Assembly (NCBI GenBank): GCA_003344405.1
Contig: NOWV01000184.1
Coordinates: forward strand, 62,001-126,000
Length of the DNA stretch: 64,000 nucleotides
Source of the DNA: Trichoplax sp. H2
Taxonomy: Eukaryota
Direction of reading: 5' to 3'
Position numbers and translations under genes: made by a program. This document shows, in pieces, positions 1-13,445 of this stretch. The stretch's first letter is position 1. Each line of letters opens with the position of its first letter. The notes under the pieces are model-generated. The model did not search any database. It saw nothing but the letters and a program-made list of their open reading frames with translations, and had not been told where the DNA came from.

Positions 1-438
1 ACAATTATAAATGTTTGCTACTACTTCCGTTAAATCAAATTATATAGTAACAATTTATTGAATCCAGAGGTATCGATCGTCGGTTTTATGAAATATCATA
101 GATATAAAAAGACTATTTCAGTACCGAGTCTCTTATACTATACAATATCATATATATGAGAAGACTACTCAACTATCATGTTTCTTATACAATTATTTAT
201 TTTGCAATCAAACTTTTGCTCTAAATATAGATGCAGTACTTATGTTCATAACATGTTCCTATACATACGAATTGCTGTAGCAACTTAAGACTTAAACTAT
301 AGCTATACGAAGCATTAATTAATTACTGATTGATTACATATTATCATTATATCATCTAATAACATTACATATTATTAGATGTCATTCTTTAAATTAATTA
401 TCTGTCTTTCTTTAATTTTGATCACGCTATCATAATAG

Positions 439-1594
439 GATTTATCAACTTTATAGTTAATCCACTCTTTGACATATTTGGTGAAGTTATCGATAAAATT
501 TCTCATCATGTGATGAACCAAAATGATGAAGAAGAATTACGAAAGACAGATACTGAAAAACCCTGGATTCAACCTATGAGAGACAATCATGAAAAATGGT
601 TACATCAATGTCATGATTGTAAGCGTTCAGGTAAATGAATAAGCTTACAAAATTTCAGTAAATATTATAATAAAAATGGTTATGAATAGTTAAAATTAAT
701 CTAATACAGTATCGCTAATTGTATATCGATAACTTGCGCAAGTAAAGATTCTTTCAAGAAAATTTTAATTACCGACGTAGTAGCTAAACCGAATTAAAAA
801 TTGATAGTCTAGTAGCCATTAACATTTCACTATTTATTGCTATGGTAAATAAATAAAAAAGCATCATTTAAGTAGAATAAGGATCGAAAATGTAAATACC
901 TCGCTAAACAACTCAATTTTGTCTACATCTGTTTCATAAAGCAGGTAATAGGTCATCTCGTGCATCGACAGCTGAAAAAACAGACGATAGTCGACCCAAA
1001 CGCAACTCTGTAGCTAATAGTGGCCCTTCTAATCATCAAGGAAAGCGTCAAAGTCTATCCAAGAAAGCTACTAGTAAATTTGATAGCCGCCGTTTTACCC
1101 GGACGCTATCATCGGAGTTTGTCACCATTGAAGATACCGGTGTTTTAGAGAAATCCGATTCATTTTCTGGCAACCTTTTGAAGTCAAATAATACGATTAA
1201 CCGCAAAAATAATTATCATGATCAGACGAAGAAAACGCAGCAAACATCAGCATCAACTACGACTGCAAATACAATAACACCAACAACGACATCAACGAAA
1301 ACAACATCATCGGTCACAACAACAATGAACAAATCCACAGTTACAAATGGTTCCATACCTAATGATGATATCAAGAAAAAAGCGTTAATAAAAGAGAAAT
1401 CAGACAGTGTAAATACAGATGTTAGCTCCATTAGCAGCCCACATCAGGATAATTTGGCCATGATAAAAATGAATATTGAATTAGATGAGTCTAATGATGC
1501 TATTGATGATAATACTAACGACGTTGTAGTAGAAACTATGGTAGATAGCGATGGCTATGAATCTTCTGAGTCACCAGATCAATTGGAAATGTAA
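439..1594 (+). CDS. 3' end (last two exons) of a class I cyclic-nucleotide phosphodiesterase, most like Ca2+/calmodulin-dependent PDE1; 5' part lies outside the window
   Basis: Exon 439-630 (tag|GA...CAG|gtaaat) reads GFINFIVNPLFDIFGEVIDK...KPWIQPMRDNHEKW, matching the PDE catalytic-domain end (Q-x-GFIDFIVxPxF...W...N...W). It splices in phase 1 to a terminal exon from 942 or 945 to the stop at 1594, which contains track ORF 1178-1594, a Ser/Thr-rich then acidic low-complexity tail. Confidence 0.8.
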
Positions 1595-3523
1595 CTATTA
1601 TGATTTGAATTTCTTAAAACTAATCAATACTTGAGTACCCGAAAAGACTAATTCATCACAAAACGATCAAAGGTGATATTTATAAATATCGTAATGGTAT
1701 TAATCATATTTTACCAATTTACTACATTAACGGATGTTAATCTGAGATTAACTCAAATTATCGATGTTTCCAGCAGGTAATAATTGGTACATTCACCTGA
1801 TCGAGTTAAGATTTAAAGTGTATAATTTAATCTCGATTGCATTGATGGTAATTTTTTAATTATAAAATATCGAAATAGAGTTGTAGTTATACAGTATATG
1901 ATTTAACTTCACCGTCAACTTACGTGGAGATATAAAGATATCTATTTTGATTGACATTGTACATTGATATAACATTAATTTATCATTATTATTAGCAATA
2001 TTTCAAATGGATTTAACTTTAGCTAAAGCATTATCTGTATATGTTGGTAAATGATACAGTGAATGATAATTATCGATATAGAATAATTATACTCAATTTC
2101 TTGCTAAATGCTTTCTTGCATAAAAATATAATAGCCATTGATGACGACTATAGTATTATTATGACCGACTAGAAAATATAAAATTATTTCTTTTCAAGTT
2201 GGAGTTCATCACTATGATATATCATTTCATTATCGTTTTATCGAATGTATAAATCATTGAACGATGAGTCGAATCAAGATCAACATCAAAACAATGTATC
2301 TGATTATGATATTGATGATTATATCTCATGCGTGCATAACCAGTAACGCGGTCTATTATCATTGCATCAACTAAGTCTAGCTTTCACTGGAATGATAGCT
2401 GAAGTAGCTGGTCAATTCTGTTAAATACTCTTGTAATCATATGTTCAACTATCATTTAGGGTTGTTTTCGATTGTGCTGATTTAAAAATAACACGTACTT
2501 GAAATGCTTAATTAATAATACCCTATTTGCTTTCTAAAGTATGTATAGAAGATCGATCTATAGTTTCATAGTATTCAAAACTGGAAAGAATCTATGGTAT
2601 TAATCTTTAATTGATTCATTCTATATCTGGTTGCAATTAATCTTTGTCTGTCGTTATTACTATGGTTGTAATGCCGGTATTTGAATTCATGCGATGGTTA
2701 TAATGAAACTAACTTTTCAAAGTATCATTTGCATCAAATTGCAATACAAATTTAACTACTTTTTCTAAATTACTGTTTCGTTATTAAGCTAGTTAAGTAA
2801 AAGGATAAACAAAGAGGATTAAATTTGCTGTAGAATAAGTGAAATATTGGCTATTGTAAATTGATTTCTATTCATAATAAAATGACTGATCAATTGGTGA
2901 AATCGGGATTATAAGCTTTGAACTGATTCAAGAGCGTTTATAAGTCCATTAGTTATACCTAAACATTCATAAACTTTAAACACTCCTATACTACATAGGC
3001 TAAGATTCTTACGATCGCAAATCATCAATAGCTGTAATTTAGATTTTGGAGTTGCTTAGGCTACTACTAAAAAATTACTATGCGGATAATCTTGGTTCAA
3101 ACAACTTAAGACGTTCTTTAACAGTTTTTCATATCATTGCAACAAAGTACTACAGCCCATTATAGCCAAGTTACGTCCACACTAAAGCATTATTTTAGCA
3201 AATATTATAATCATTTTATTCATTTCGTAACTTACTTGGATCATAAAGTTAGTTAGTTGTACGAGTACTTAATTAAACACGGTAACAATCGTATATAGTC
3301 AGCATGTCATACAGTTTTTGCATTTCTAGAATATTTATCGAACAATTATCATATTTACGCGGTTAAAAATAACGAAATAAAAATATCCATTTTAAGAAAA
3401 ATCTTTTACTTAAAGCTAATAATATTTCTTAATTCATAACGGATTACCAAAACGCTATCTACTTATTTAATATTCGTTAAGAAAAAAATAATATAATCAA
3501 TAACAGATCACTTAAGGAATATT

Positions 3524-6500
3524 TTATACTACATATTCATAAAGACTAAGGGTAAGCTCGTATCTCAAAGTTGTAAAAATAGCACTACTTCTATTAAAGA
3601 TGTCATGATAGGCATCGAAAGTTTGACTATTAGTTAATATAAACAAATTGTCATACAATTGATTTAATAAGTGCAATAAATTTGGAGGATTTTCCGAACT
3701 CCAATGCGGAAAAAATCTCTTAACCAGCTTGAAACGTGTAGGCACTTGAACAGTAGTTGGAGTTACTAATAAATTCCTAAAATGACGAAGAAATCATACT
3801 TATTAAAACTAATTCATTCACTTATTTCCTTATTGAAGTAGCTATTTTGACCTGGATTTTTAAAAAATTCGAGATCTAAGATAAAGTCTTAACTTTAGCC
3901 TCATACTATTCATTACTATATCAAGCATTTCCATAGTGCTTTAAGTAGTTGAGTAATAGGTATCAAAATTTTGAGTTGAGATGATTTAAGTAATAACTCG
4001 ACTCAAACACAATCGAATAAAGAAATAAGACATTAAGATGCGCATAAGGCAGTCACTTTAGTGCGATGCTTAAAATTGAGTACTATCTATTTTAAAGCTT
4101 TTAGTACTGGAGTAAGACCTCAATACGTAACCCCTTTTAATAAAAGCAGTAGCCTATGCAATTGTATTCTTAACTAAATAAGTAAAAACAGTTAACATTC
4201 ATTAACCAACCTTTTTCTACTGTTTTGACTATCCTTCGCTAAAGATTCAATTGTACTTAACATAATGTCGTAATCGCTTCCTGCTAAATCGAAAATTTCT
4301 ATGTTCTTGTTACCTTTCGTTATACAGAGATACAAGGTGAGAGTCCTACTATTGTGCAATACGTATCAAAACAAATCATACCTCGGAATTGTGCCAACAT
4401 AAATTTTGGAGGCATGTATGTGCGGTAAAATATTACATTAGTGGAAGGATTAATTGTAGTCCCACCATTATCGAGTTTATAATTATCGTGAAGGTACTTC
4501 ATGCATGGATAAATGCCACCTAAATGGATACAAGAGAACCTTAAAATTTTCCATCTTTAATCTGGTATCCACTTTAAGTGCAGACATTTTGTAATGATCA
4601 AAATATGTAACTGTTACATTAGTCCATAATGCGATTGTAATTGTGAATTACCTTGATGCATAAATCCGAAAACTAATATGCCAAGTACATTAAATAAAAT
4701 CCAAATAATTAAATTACGAAATCTATTACGGCTACCAAAGAAATTGTTCCCGAATAAAATAAGCAATGGAAAAATGACGGGAAGAATAAATCGCGGTTCG
4801 TGATGTGGAATCCATGATAAAATAACTAATGGAATATATACGCATCCTTTCAAAAACCATCGGTTAGACAAAGAAATACGTGCTTGGGTAATTTGGTCGT
4901 TATTACCAGCATTAGCCAGAAAACTAATAATATCTCGTAATGTTTGATAATAAAGTGCAACTGTTAATGGCCCAAATAACATAAACATATTGACTAATCC
5001 ATGAGTAACTCTGGGGTGTATACCATGCGTACCTACAAATCATATCAAATAATCAGCATCTAAATTTCTCTTGTACTATTTTATGTAGCATAGATATCAT
5101 CACATAATTGTCACTGCACCTAAATTAGAATCGTTGATGTTATATAAAATAAAACACAGTGGCGTAATGGCAAAATTTCCTTGCACTGATCTATAATAGT
5201 TTGAATCAACGATAATTAGCAACAAGGCTATGAATAGACCACTTATTGCCATTCGGATGGAGCCATTAATCGCTGCTTGTAGATTTACTGTCCTACCTAT
5301 TTTGATAGATAAGGATTTAATAGCCTGAAATTAATACTAAAGTTGACAATTGACATACCAGTATTACTATTGATATTATTAGTAGCATGCAAGATGTCTC
5401 CAAATATTTCTTTTATCTAAATACATCAATTCTTACTTTGATGATACAACATTGAAAGAACTGGCCAAAAGGCAAAAACCAAGAACGTTGGTCTAATAAA
5501 GAAACCAACTGCGACTGTTATCCCAGTTATTAACCAGGTTCTGTTACAGTAACTGCCAGAAGGTGAAGTCTTTTGAGTAGAGTAATATATTATTAACAAC
5601 CAAGAGAAAAATATCATTTCCACAAAGTTACTGAATGTCCGGCAGAATATAAAAATTGGATGAGCGCTTGCAGTTGTTAGTAAGTAAGCCATTGCGTCAT
5701 TACTTTTGATGTTCAATCGCTGGCATACTATCCAAACGGAATAGTCTAAATACAGTATAATCATATTTAGTTAGCATAAGAAATTTGCATGAATGTCGTT
5801 TTACCTATTTGATAATCCTTGAAAAATATGTTAATATCCCTACTAAATTCATCAAACAGAGGCATAATGCAATGGTACGATCTGTACGAAAATGCATGCA
5901 TCGAAATCGAGCTATACGTATTGACAATGGATAGCTGAATACTTCTGATATAAACTTACCAAAGAGGAAAGATAAGGCACAGCAGAAGAGTCGAGGCAAT
6001 ACGAGTAAAGTATACGGTGAAATCAAATCGATAGAGAAAAGATCTTTGAGAAACTTGAGCAAGATCATTGGTAAACCAGATATGAAATATGGAGTGATGA
6101 TATTTCGTAAAGGACATGATACATTCCATTCCCAAGTACGCGTAGTGTCATAATCGAAGATATCCCCTATAATATCAGATCAAACATGCTATCACTTTCT
6201 GCTGTATAAATGAACAGTTGATCTACTTTTATTTTATGCTCAATTTAGGCATGCCATAATTAATCAAAGATTTTGTAATCGACTATAGCTTTATTGAGAT
6301 ATTACACGAAGCAGAATTACGATATGGATATCTACGTGCACTATGGCGATCCAATCTCCCAAATTCTCAGATACTGTACCTCTGCATTACTGCACGTTGG
6401 AGTGTACAATCTACAGAAGATTCTAGCTAAGTTATCCATTTCAAACTGATGCAATAAGCGTCATACGCGTATAACGTTCGAAATAAACCACAGCAAACAT

Positions 6501-6642
6501 GAATATTCATATAGGTCTAACCTGCAATAACCTCTGGTGATTGGAAAAATTCATCTGGGTGAATATATCCAGACTGGGGCATGAGAGTTAGAATGACTCT
6601 TAATACTGCCAAGAGATAATACAGATTCGGTAGTGATTCCAT
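3524..6642 (-). CDS. PIGZ: GPI alpha-1,2-mannosyltransferase 4 (PIG-Z/SMP3, ALG9-like GT22 family), 8 exons, ~562 aa
   Basis: Exons 6642-6522, 6166-5960, 5745-5437, 5296-5120, 5032-4652, 4519-4382, 4313-4211, 3776-3524; all GT-AG, total 1689 nt in frame. Motifs [83 protein letters not shown]; multiple TM segments. Confidence 0.93.
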
Positions 6643-7488
6643 CCGACGCGCTTTGTCAATCTTCTTCCCTTGTACAGTATGCAAAGATATCTCGATAGAG
6701 GCACGCCTAACCTATTTTATTCCCACTACTACTCAATTTAACCTATATTGCAGACCTTTTCAAGCGATTAAACGTTCAATTCAGTGAAATGGACCCTCTG
6801 CAGCTTAGCAATAATAATCATACTCTTCATAATATTCTATCATATTCGTACGAGTATTTTATTATTTCCATTTCTTCGTTTATAGGGCCCTTGCGCAGAC
6901 CTGTACTATGGGCTACTACTCATTTCGACAGTACTTTATACTGTATATTTTACAGTACAACATACTGTAGTGTACAGCACAGTACTGTACAGTATGCTAA
7001 GGGGTGCCCAAGCAGTGGCCTGAAACCTTTTAAGGTATTGGACTAATGCAATATTGTCGGCACTCTACTCCACTTCCACGAAATGAAAATATGAAACCGT
7101 TTGGAATCTGCTAACAAATATATATTAGAATTAATTTATATAGAACAGTACAGCATATACAGTATTTATCTATCATTCACTACTGTACGAATACTGACGC
7201 TATAAAGTGGGAGTAATTTTAATAGGATTAAGAGTCTCTACAAATACTAATCTAATCTATACTGTACTGTATTGTACACTCTACAGTATATTTTATAATT
7301 CAAAAAATTAATGAATAATTACTGTCATTACTGTAGTCTATGCCATTTTATAGTTTTTCAAGTTTGCAATGACAACAAAGCATTATCAAAGGCATTGAGA
7401 TAGAGTATTTTGTGAGTGGCAACACTTATAGATCGATAGCATGTGAGAAGAGTGATTGGTAACGTTCGACTGAGTTAAAGACCTCTTC
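6643..7488. promoter_or_regulatory. Bidirectional promoter region between PIGZ (-) and the tubulin gene (+)
   Basis: Head-to-head start codons at 6642 and 7489, ~850 bp apart. Contains a TACAG/CTGTA cluster (about 6900-7335) and X-box-like elements at 7362-7463. Confidence 0.65.
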
Positions 7489-10400
7489 ATGGCTGCCAAT
7501 AATATCCTTATCCAAGTTGGTCAGTGCGGAAATCAGATTGGTAGAGATTTTTGCAATTTCATCGAAAACGATAATGATGACAGGTATTACTGAAGGCAAT
7601 AATGAACAAGATTCGTGATTACTGTATTTATAATATATTGTACAGTATATTGCCTTTAAAAACTACGTTGCAAGTGTAATTAGGCTACTATGACAGCTAT
7701 GATCCGAATTCGCGAACCTATAATATGGGACGCGTATAGTAGCTGCTTATAATAATAATAAGAATAACAATAAGAATAATAATAATAATATTATTCCTAC
7801 GATTTGACGTATCTATGCATGAATACAAGTACAGTCTGTATTGCAATTTAGCAATTGATAAATGAAATAAAGTTGATTACTAAACATCTCTAAACACCTA
7901 CAAATCATTCTCCTGCTAGTAATTTTGACCTATTATGGTGTAATAATGCACAACAAAATGATAAACTGTATATTGGTCTATAAAATTTAGTAATCAATGT
8001 TGACAGTTGCAGCTCTAACATCAGCTCATATTCCATTTCGTTTCACGGTTGTAATCCTGATTTGAAGTACGTCATCAATGTCTCACATTTATCAGCATTA
8101 TGATAAAAAGCTAAGATGCCTTTGCGTCGACAGCGAACCCAAGGTATGTTATTATTTTATAGGATAGATATCTATCAATCATTAAATAACTGCTTTTAGC
8201 AATAACAAGAATTAATATTTTCCAGGTAAGTGTACGTATGCCGCACATTACTTACAATTATTTTGACTATACGCGTATTTGTAGGTTATCTCGAACTTAC
8301 TGAACAAGTATGAAAAAAGGTAATCAATAACTATAGAATCTGTTCGGCCTAATAACTACCGTAATATACTGTACACAATAATTATGAGTGCATTTTATAA
8401 TTTATCGATACGATGTTTCTGAGGTATTGTATCTGAGGCATCTTATTAGTGCACTCATGCATTAAGCACGATTATAGTACATAATTATGACATGGCAGAA
8501 CTGCAGTACATTTTCAAAATGTTATCTTCTTTCGTACCTGACGTGATCCTTTTATCAACACAATATCTTATTTTATGCAAGCTATCGCAAGAAAAATATT
8601 TTTTCGGGACGTTCTGGTTGCGGTGCTAATTGGGCTCTCGGTAAGAACAGTGTGGACTTCAGAAATTACTAAAGTTATATTGTATTTCTATCAGAGAAAA
8701 CATGTAGGCTTTAACGTTAATTACTTGTTATGTATGTGGTTCGTAATACTGCTTGAGTCAAGTAATAAATCTCGTACAGTGTGTAAAATAATGTAAGGTT
8801 TATTTGGAAAACTGTAGCGTAACTAGATAAGGCAGATGTATACTTGATATAAATCTATAAGCGTAAATCAGTGTATGTAATCGTAAAGTAAGGCTGTATG
8901 AGTACAGAATTAACGTAGAATTATACCAATCTTAAAGAACTGCTCACATAGTAACAAATAAAGCACGTTTCTCAAGAGTTACACGCGTGAAGATACATTT
9001 TAAGCGAACATAAAATGTGTGCAATTGTGTAACAACAAGCGTGATAACTATGTTATGTAGGCGTAATAGTACATATATGTAATAGATACTTAACATATAC
9101 TAACAACTCTAAAGATATAATAGTTATCTACCGTACTACCATTGTAATACTACTTGATACCAAACAAAATGAAGAATAATTTTATTAAGATTCGGTAAGT
9201 TAATCGTTGATGTTTTATCAATACATGCCTATATAGGTTACCACGGATTTCAGAATGTTATTGGCCCATCATTTATAGATGATTTTTTAAATGCATTAAG
9301 AAAGGAAGTGGAACGGTAATCACTCTGAATATAGGCGTTGTGATATCAATTCTATTGCATATACATCTGATTCTACGCACTTTGCAGTTGTGACTCGTAC
9401 ATGGGATGTATTATGCTTCATAGCACATGCGGAGGTACTGGATCAGGTATACGTTTATAGAAGAGTAGTTTTGAATATAGACTTCAAAAATTGGAGTTTT
9501 TTACTACATTTCTCATTAATTGAGCTAAATCTCTCATTATGTATATTTAGGTTTAGGTTCCAGAATCTGCGAAGCTATCAGAGAAGAATACCCAATAAAT
9601 TACATATTATCTGTTGGTGTGTCTCCTCATAGATCAGGAGAAAGCCCATTACAGTGCTACAACTCGATGTTATCGCTATCATATTTACAAAAGTAAATGA
9701 TATTTCTGCATGATGCATAACTTTTAAATTTAAGATTGATGTAATTTTTATACGCTCTATGAAGCTTATTAAATGGTCTTAATTTTCTCTCTTATTACTT
9801 ATTACACGACTGAGTAATTGATTATATAATTAACGTACTTCTTCAATCTTTGATAGCTACTCAGATGGCATAATTCTTTATGAAAATGATGACGTTATCA
9901 ACCGAATAATGTCCCTTCGGTATGCAAATGATTAATCTGATAATATATTGTACGTTATTATACTTGCGCGCCAAATAAATTATCAATCTAAATGATTTTT
10001 AATTGCAATATATAACTAGGTCAAAGTCTGAATCTTCTAAGGCGGTTTCTCTAGAGGCAATGAATAGCTACATTGCGAGAAGCCTAGCAGGAATTATATC
10101 ACCCTTAAGCTCACCCAAGTCAAATGTAGCAAGGTAACAAGTTTACTTTGACGGTGAAGCATTAAATCTATTCTATATAGAAATCAATCCGAATAATTAT
10201 GTAAAAGTGTAATTTTGGTTACTATATAATCTTTGCTACAATTTAGCAAGGTGTATAACTTCAGAATACCCTCTAATATTACAGTTGTTGTCTTATAGTT
10301 GTGTATTTCCGGGTAGAGAACCTTGGGAAATGCTTCAGACAACATGTCCAATGCCAATCTTAAAATTTACCGGTATTAAGTACTTATCGAAAGGGTATGC

Positions 10401-11400
10401 TATCAATTACAGACTGTTGTAGTTATCCACTGTAACAAAAATCGTATTTGTTACTTTTACCAAATAGAAATTTCTTGTCTTTCATAGGGTAGCTTGGGAT
10501 AGTTTAGTTCGTAACTACGTCCAAACTAATTGCAGACCAAAATCGGGAACTGTTGTATGTGGCGTAACTTATCTTTAAGTATTTTTGTGCTAGCTTTACG
10601 CAGCACTTATTCATACACGAGTATATCTTAATTAAAGAATTTTAAATTTGATAACAAACTCAACTGCTTCTTTTATTGCAGTTAGATTCTATTTCCTGTC
10701 TAGCGGTTGCAAGAGGTGATAGGGATCATTCCTTTTTCAATTTCATGCCAAGATTAAACGAAAACTTGAAAGCAGCGTATCGATGTGTCAATTGGAATCC
10801 GTTTCCTATTGACTATTGGACAGGTATCCTACTATACGTATTTGCTTAATTATTTTGCGGTTCCATTTAATTTGAAGCAGTCTTGCTAGATCGTTAATAA
10901 TAAATATTTGAACTCTGTTAGCTGAAAAAGACTGCTCAAGGAGCGCCAGTTCTGGTAGTAGAACTCTATACGTTTGCTCAAATAGTTGTGGTGTTATAGA
11001 CTACTTCGATCATATTCTGTCGAAAACATCAACAATGTATGAAGCTAAAGCTTTCCTTCATTGGTATTGGAAATACGGTTGCTGTGAGGTGAGAGTTTGA
11101 GAATACTTACTGATAGTTTTATGATCAATTTATTCTTAGAGAGTTACACTATTCGTGTATTTAACTGTAATTGCCACATTAGTAAGAAATATTTTTTTAT
11201 GATTAAAATATGGCTTTGATGTCATAGCTCATGATTACATGAATGCTATTCTATAGACTGTCTCGACTCGTATTTTCATAAAAGTTATATTTTGATCTTC
11301 AATTATTAAAATGTAATTTCCGTTCTAGGACGACTTTTCCGAGGCCCGCGAAACGTTACAGAGTGTAGCTCTAAATTACAGAGATGCCTTAAAGCAATGA
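7489..11400 (+). CDS. Zeta-tubulin-like protein (delta/zeta branch, 'cryptic' tubulin), 14 exons, ~421 aa
   Basis: Exons 7489-7583, 8068-8143, 8285-8319, 8582-8640, 9237-9315, 9388-9446, 9551-9692, 9857-9919, 10020-10133, 10299-10394, 10488-10554, 10682-10823, 10922-11088, 11329-11400; total 1266 nt in frame. Tubulin motifs IQVGQCGNQIG, CVDSEPK, GCGANWALGYHG, HSTCGGTGSGLGS, AKAFLHWY. GESPLQCYN, GREPWE and CVNWNPFPIDYW fit zeta better than delta (recalled as DMEPK, GEVIVQNYN). No acidic tail. Confidence 0.85.
7749..7796. repeat. Degenerate (AAT)n microsatellite in tubulin intron 1
   Basis: ataataataataagaataacaataagaataataataataatattatt. Confidence 0.7.
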
Positions 11401-12369
11401 GTACCTGCAGCCCACTGCATATTGCAAGATTATGCATATACGGTACTATGATTATTTATTTACTTCACCGACTTTTTTATTCTTATATTTTGGTGATGCT
11501 AATTTTTATCGTATCACACTTTCAAAACGTTTTAGGTATATTAAGTTATCGTGTTTCTGAATTGCTATCTTTATATTTTATTTAATTTAAATAAATATTA
11601 ATAAGCTATCTAGCAATTTCGATGACATCTAATTACTGATAAAAAGTAAATTCAAGAATTTTTCATGATAATTGATTAATTAAAGCAGTTTACATGTGAC
11701 CATCCCTTTTCAATCATGCTAACGCAGGAGCTATTTACATTCTTACTATAAAGTAAAATAAAACGTTAGTACACGAGTGTTCATGTAGAGAAGTGACGTT
11801 AAGTCACGTTAACGCTGACACTGAGATGTACGAAGGACTAATAAACTAACAGGCACATGATGATACACGACGTAAACTTAGAACGTAGCGTAATAGTGCA
11901 AGCTATTACACTTCATTTTTTTAGAGCCATTAACAGATATTGGTTGAATCTACACTATGGAGTTATGGTCAATACTGTGAATGAAATTCACATTGCCCAT
12001 CACGAGAACAAAGCTTGCCCTTATTCGCGTTTAAATGAATAGCGCTAATGAAATGGAATTTGTTTTTAAGTCAATCAAAATCTACAGTAAGCTTGATTAG
12101 GTGATTACCACAATACGAGTACAGTGTGTCAGCATCTCCCCGTTACAGTGTGCAACTAGTGTCATAGCGTGGTTTGAATAAACCTTGAACTCAGCAATCT
12201 ACTTTTGTGCTAAAATTTTCATGATGGTCAACGACAACCGAGTTACAGATTGTATTATTATAATTGACATTGGGCATCATTCAAGGATATTTGCCTTAAA
12301 TGGCCATGAATGAGCGAGCCACTGTCAGCCTACTGATTTAAACTAGGAACTTGAAGTGTTCTCCATTTT

Positions 12370-12556
12370 TGCAGTGCAGTGCAGTGAAGTACTGTACAGT
12401 ACGTACAGTACAGTACAGTACTGTACTGTACTGTAATGCACTATACTGTACACTGTACAGTACGGTGTTGAAAACACTCAGTCGGACTAAAGTTACAGTC
12501 TTGTTAATCAAGTAAAAAGTAAAAGTAGGCGAGGTCAAAGTACAGTACAGTACAGA
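12370..12556. repeat. (TACAG/CTGTA)n pentamer cluster containing a perfect 32-bp palindrome
   Basis: 12404-12435 tacagtacagtacagtactgtactgtactgta is its own reverse complement. Flanked by gcagtgcagtgcagtg and more tacag units up to 12555. Confidence 0.85.
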
Positions 12557-13099
12557 TCGACTAGCTACCTCTACCTCATTAACCGTTAATCTTATTATTT
12601 ATAAATAATAATAATACTAAGTAAAGTGCCGTTTTTAGCTTAAACGATTCAATTCAGAAAAATCCTTAAAAATCCCTAGTGGGAGTATAAAGAGTGAATA
12701 ATAAATTACTATAGTAATTTTTTTATTAGTACTGTAGTCCCTTGTGCTCACTATGGGTCCTTGCGAGCATTTCATTTGTCGTTGCGATACACGTACATTG
12801 CTCGATTAAACCTCTCGTTCAACAAATCTTGAATGCCTACGGCGATTTTTTCAGTATTATAACACATAGCAGCACGTACGCAGTGGTGTACCTATTTTGT
12901 TGTCTGGTAACATACTGTATTTTTAATTCGATTTGTACAGTAGTTAGATAGACTTTCATGAATGATTATAATTATAATAATCGCGTCGTCTGCTTGTCGA
13001 TAGGCAACTGATCAAAGTGCGGCGTGGGATACTATACTGTTAAAAGAGAATTCTCTTAATTAATTGCAGTAGAAGTCCTGCTCTGGCACTACCTCATAC

Positions 13100-13445
13100 A
13101 CCTTGCAAACTGTACTGCCAAATCCGGAAGTAAGGTCAAAAGTGTAGCATACAGTACTCGGTAAAACATACTGCTTTTTAACCATCCTGAAACTCAGAAA
13201 AGCTTAGACTAGTAAACAGTCAGTACTGTGGAGTTTCTGTGTATCAGAACAGTAGATTTGTACTGTTTTACTTTTTTACCACAGAGAAACCAGGATAGTC
13301 CCTGGAGAAACTCACAGAGAAGCTCAGTACTATACTGTACTGTACTGTACAGTATTATTACATCACTACCTGGTCAGTAAACATTGTCAACAGTAGAGTA
13401 CACTACTGTACAGTTCTTGATACTGTGTGCACCCCAACAGTAGAT
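13100..13445. repeat. Second TACAG/CTGTA cluster, candidate distal promoter
   Basis: cagtactatactgtactgtactgtacagta at ~13325-13354, plus many cagta/tactg units. GAAACTC/GAGTTTC recurs at ~13190, 13231 and 13307. A strong donor GAAG|gtaaac follows at 13715. Confidence 0.6.

Noticed and set aside
271-284. X-box-like ATTGCTGTAGCAAC in a PDE intron
   Set aside because: Mismatch at the first conserved G and not near any evident transcription start.
1222-1431. Hydrophobic Val-rich minus-strand ORF
   Set aside because: Antisense shadow of the Thr-rich PDE tail.
6789-7046. 85-aa ORF in the bidirectional promoter, and similar ORF 12338-12538
   Set aside because: Translation of the pentamer repeat; no protein-like features.
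10824-10921. Possible U12-type intron (donor GTATCCTA) in the tubulin gene
   Set aside because: The donor departs from GTATCCTTT and no TCCTTAAC-like branch point is visible near the acceptor.
7489-11400. Calling the tubulin alpha, beta, gamma or epsilon
   Set aside because: Lacks the MREI/MREC start, the acidic tail and class-specific motifs; signatures fit the delta/zeta branch.
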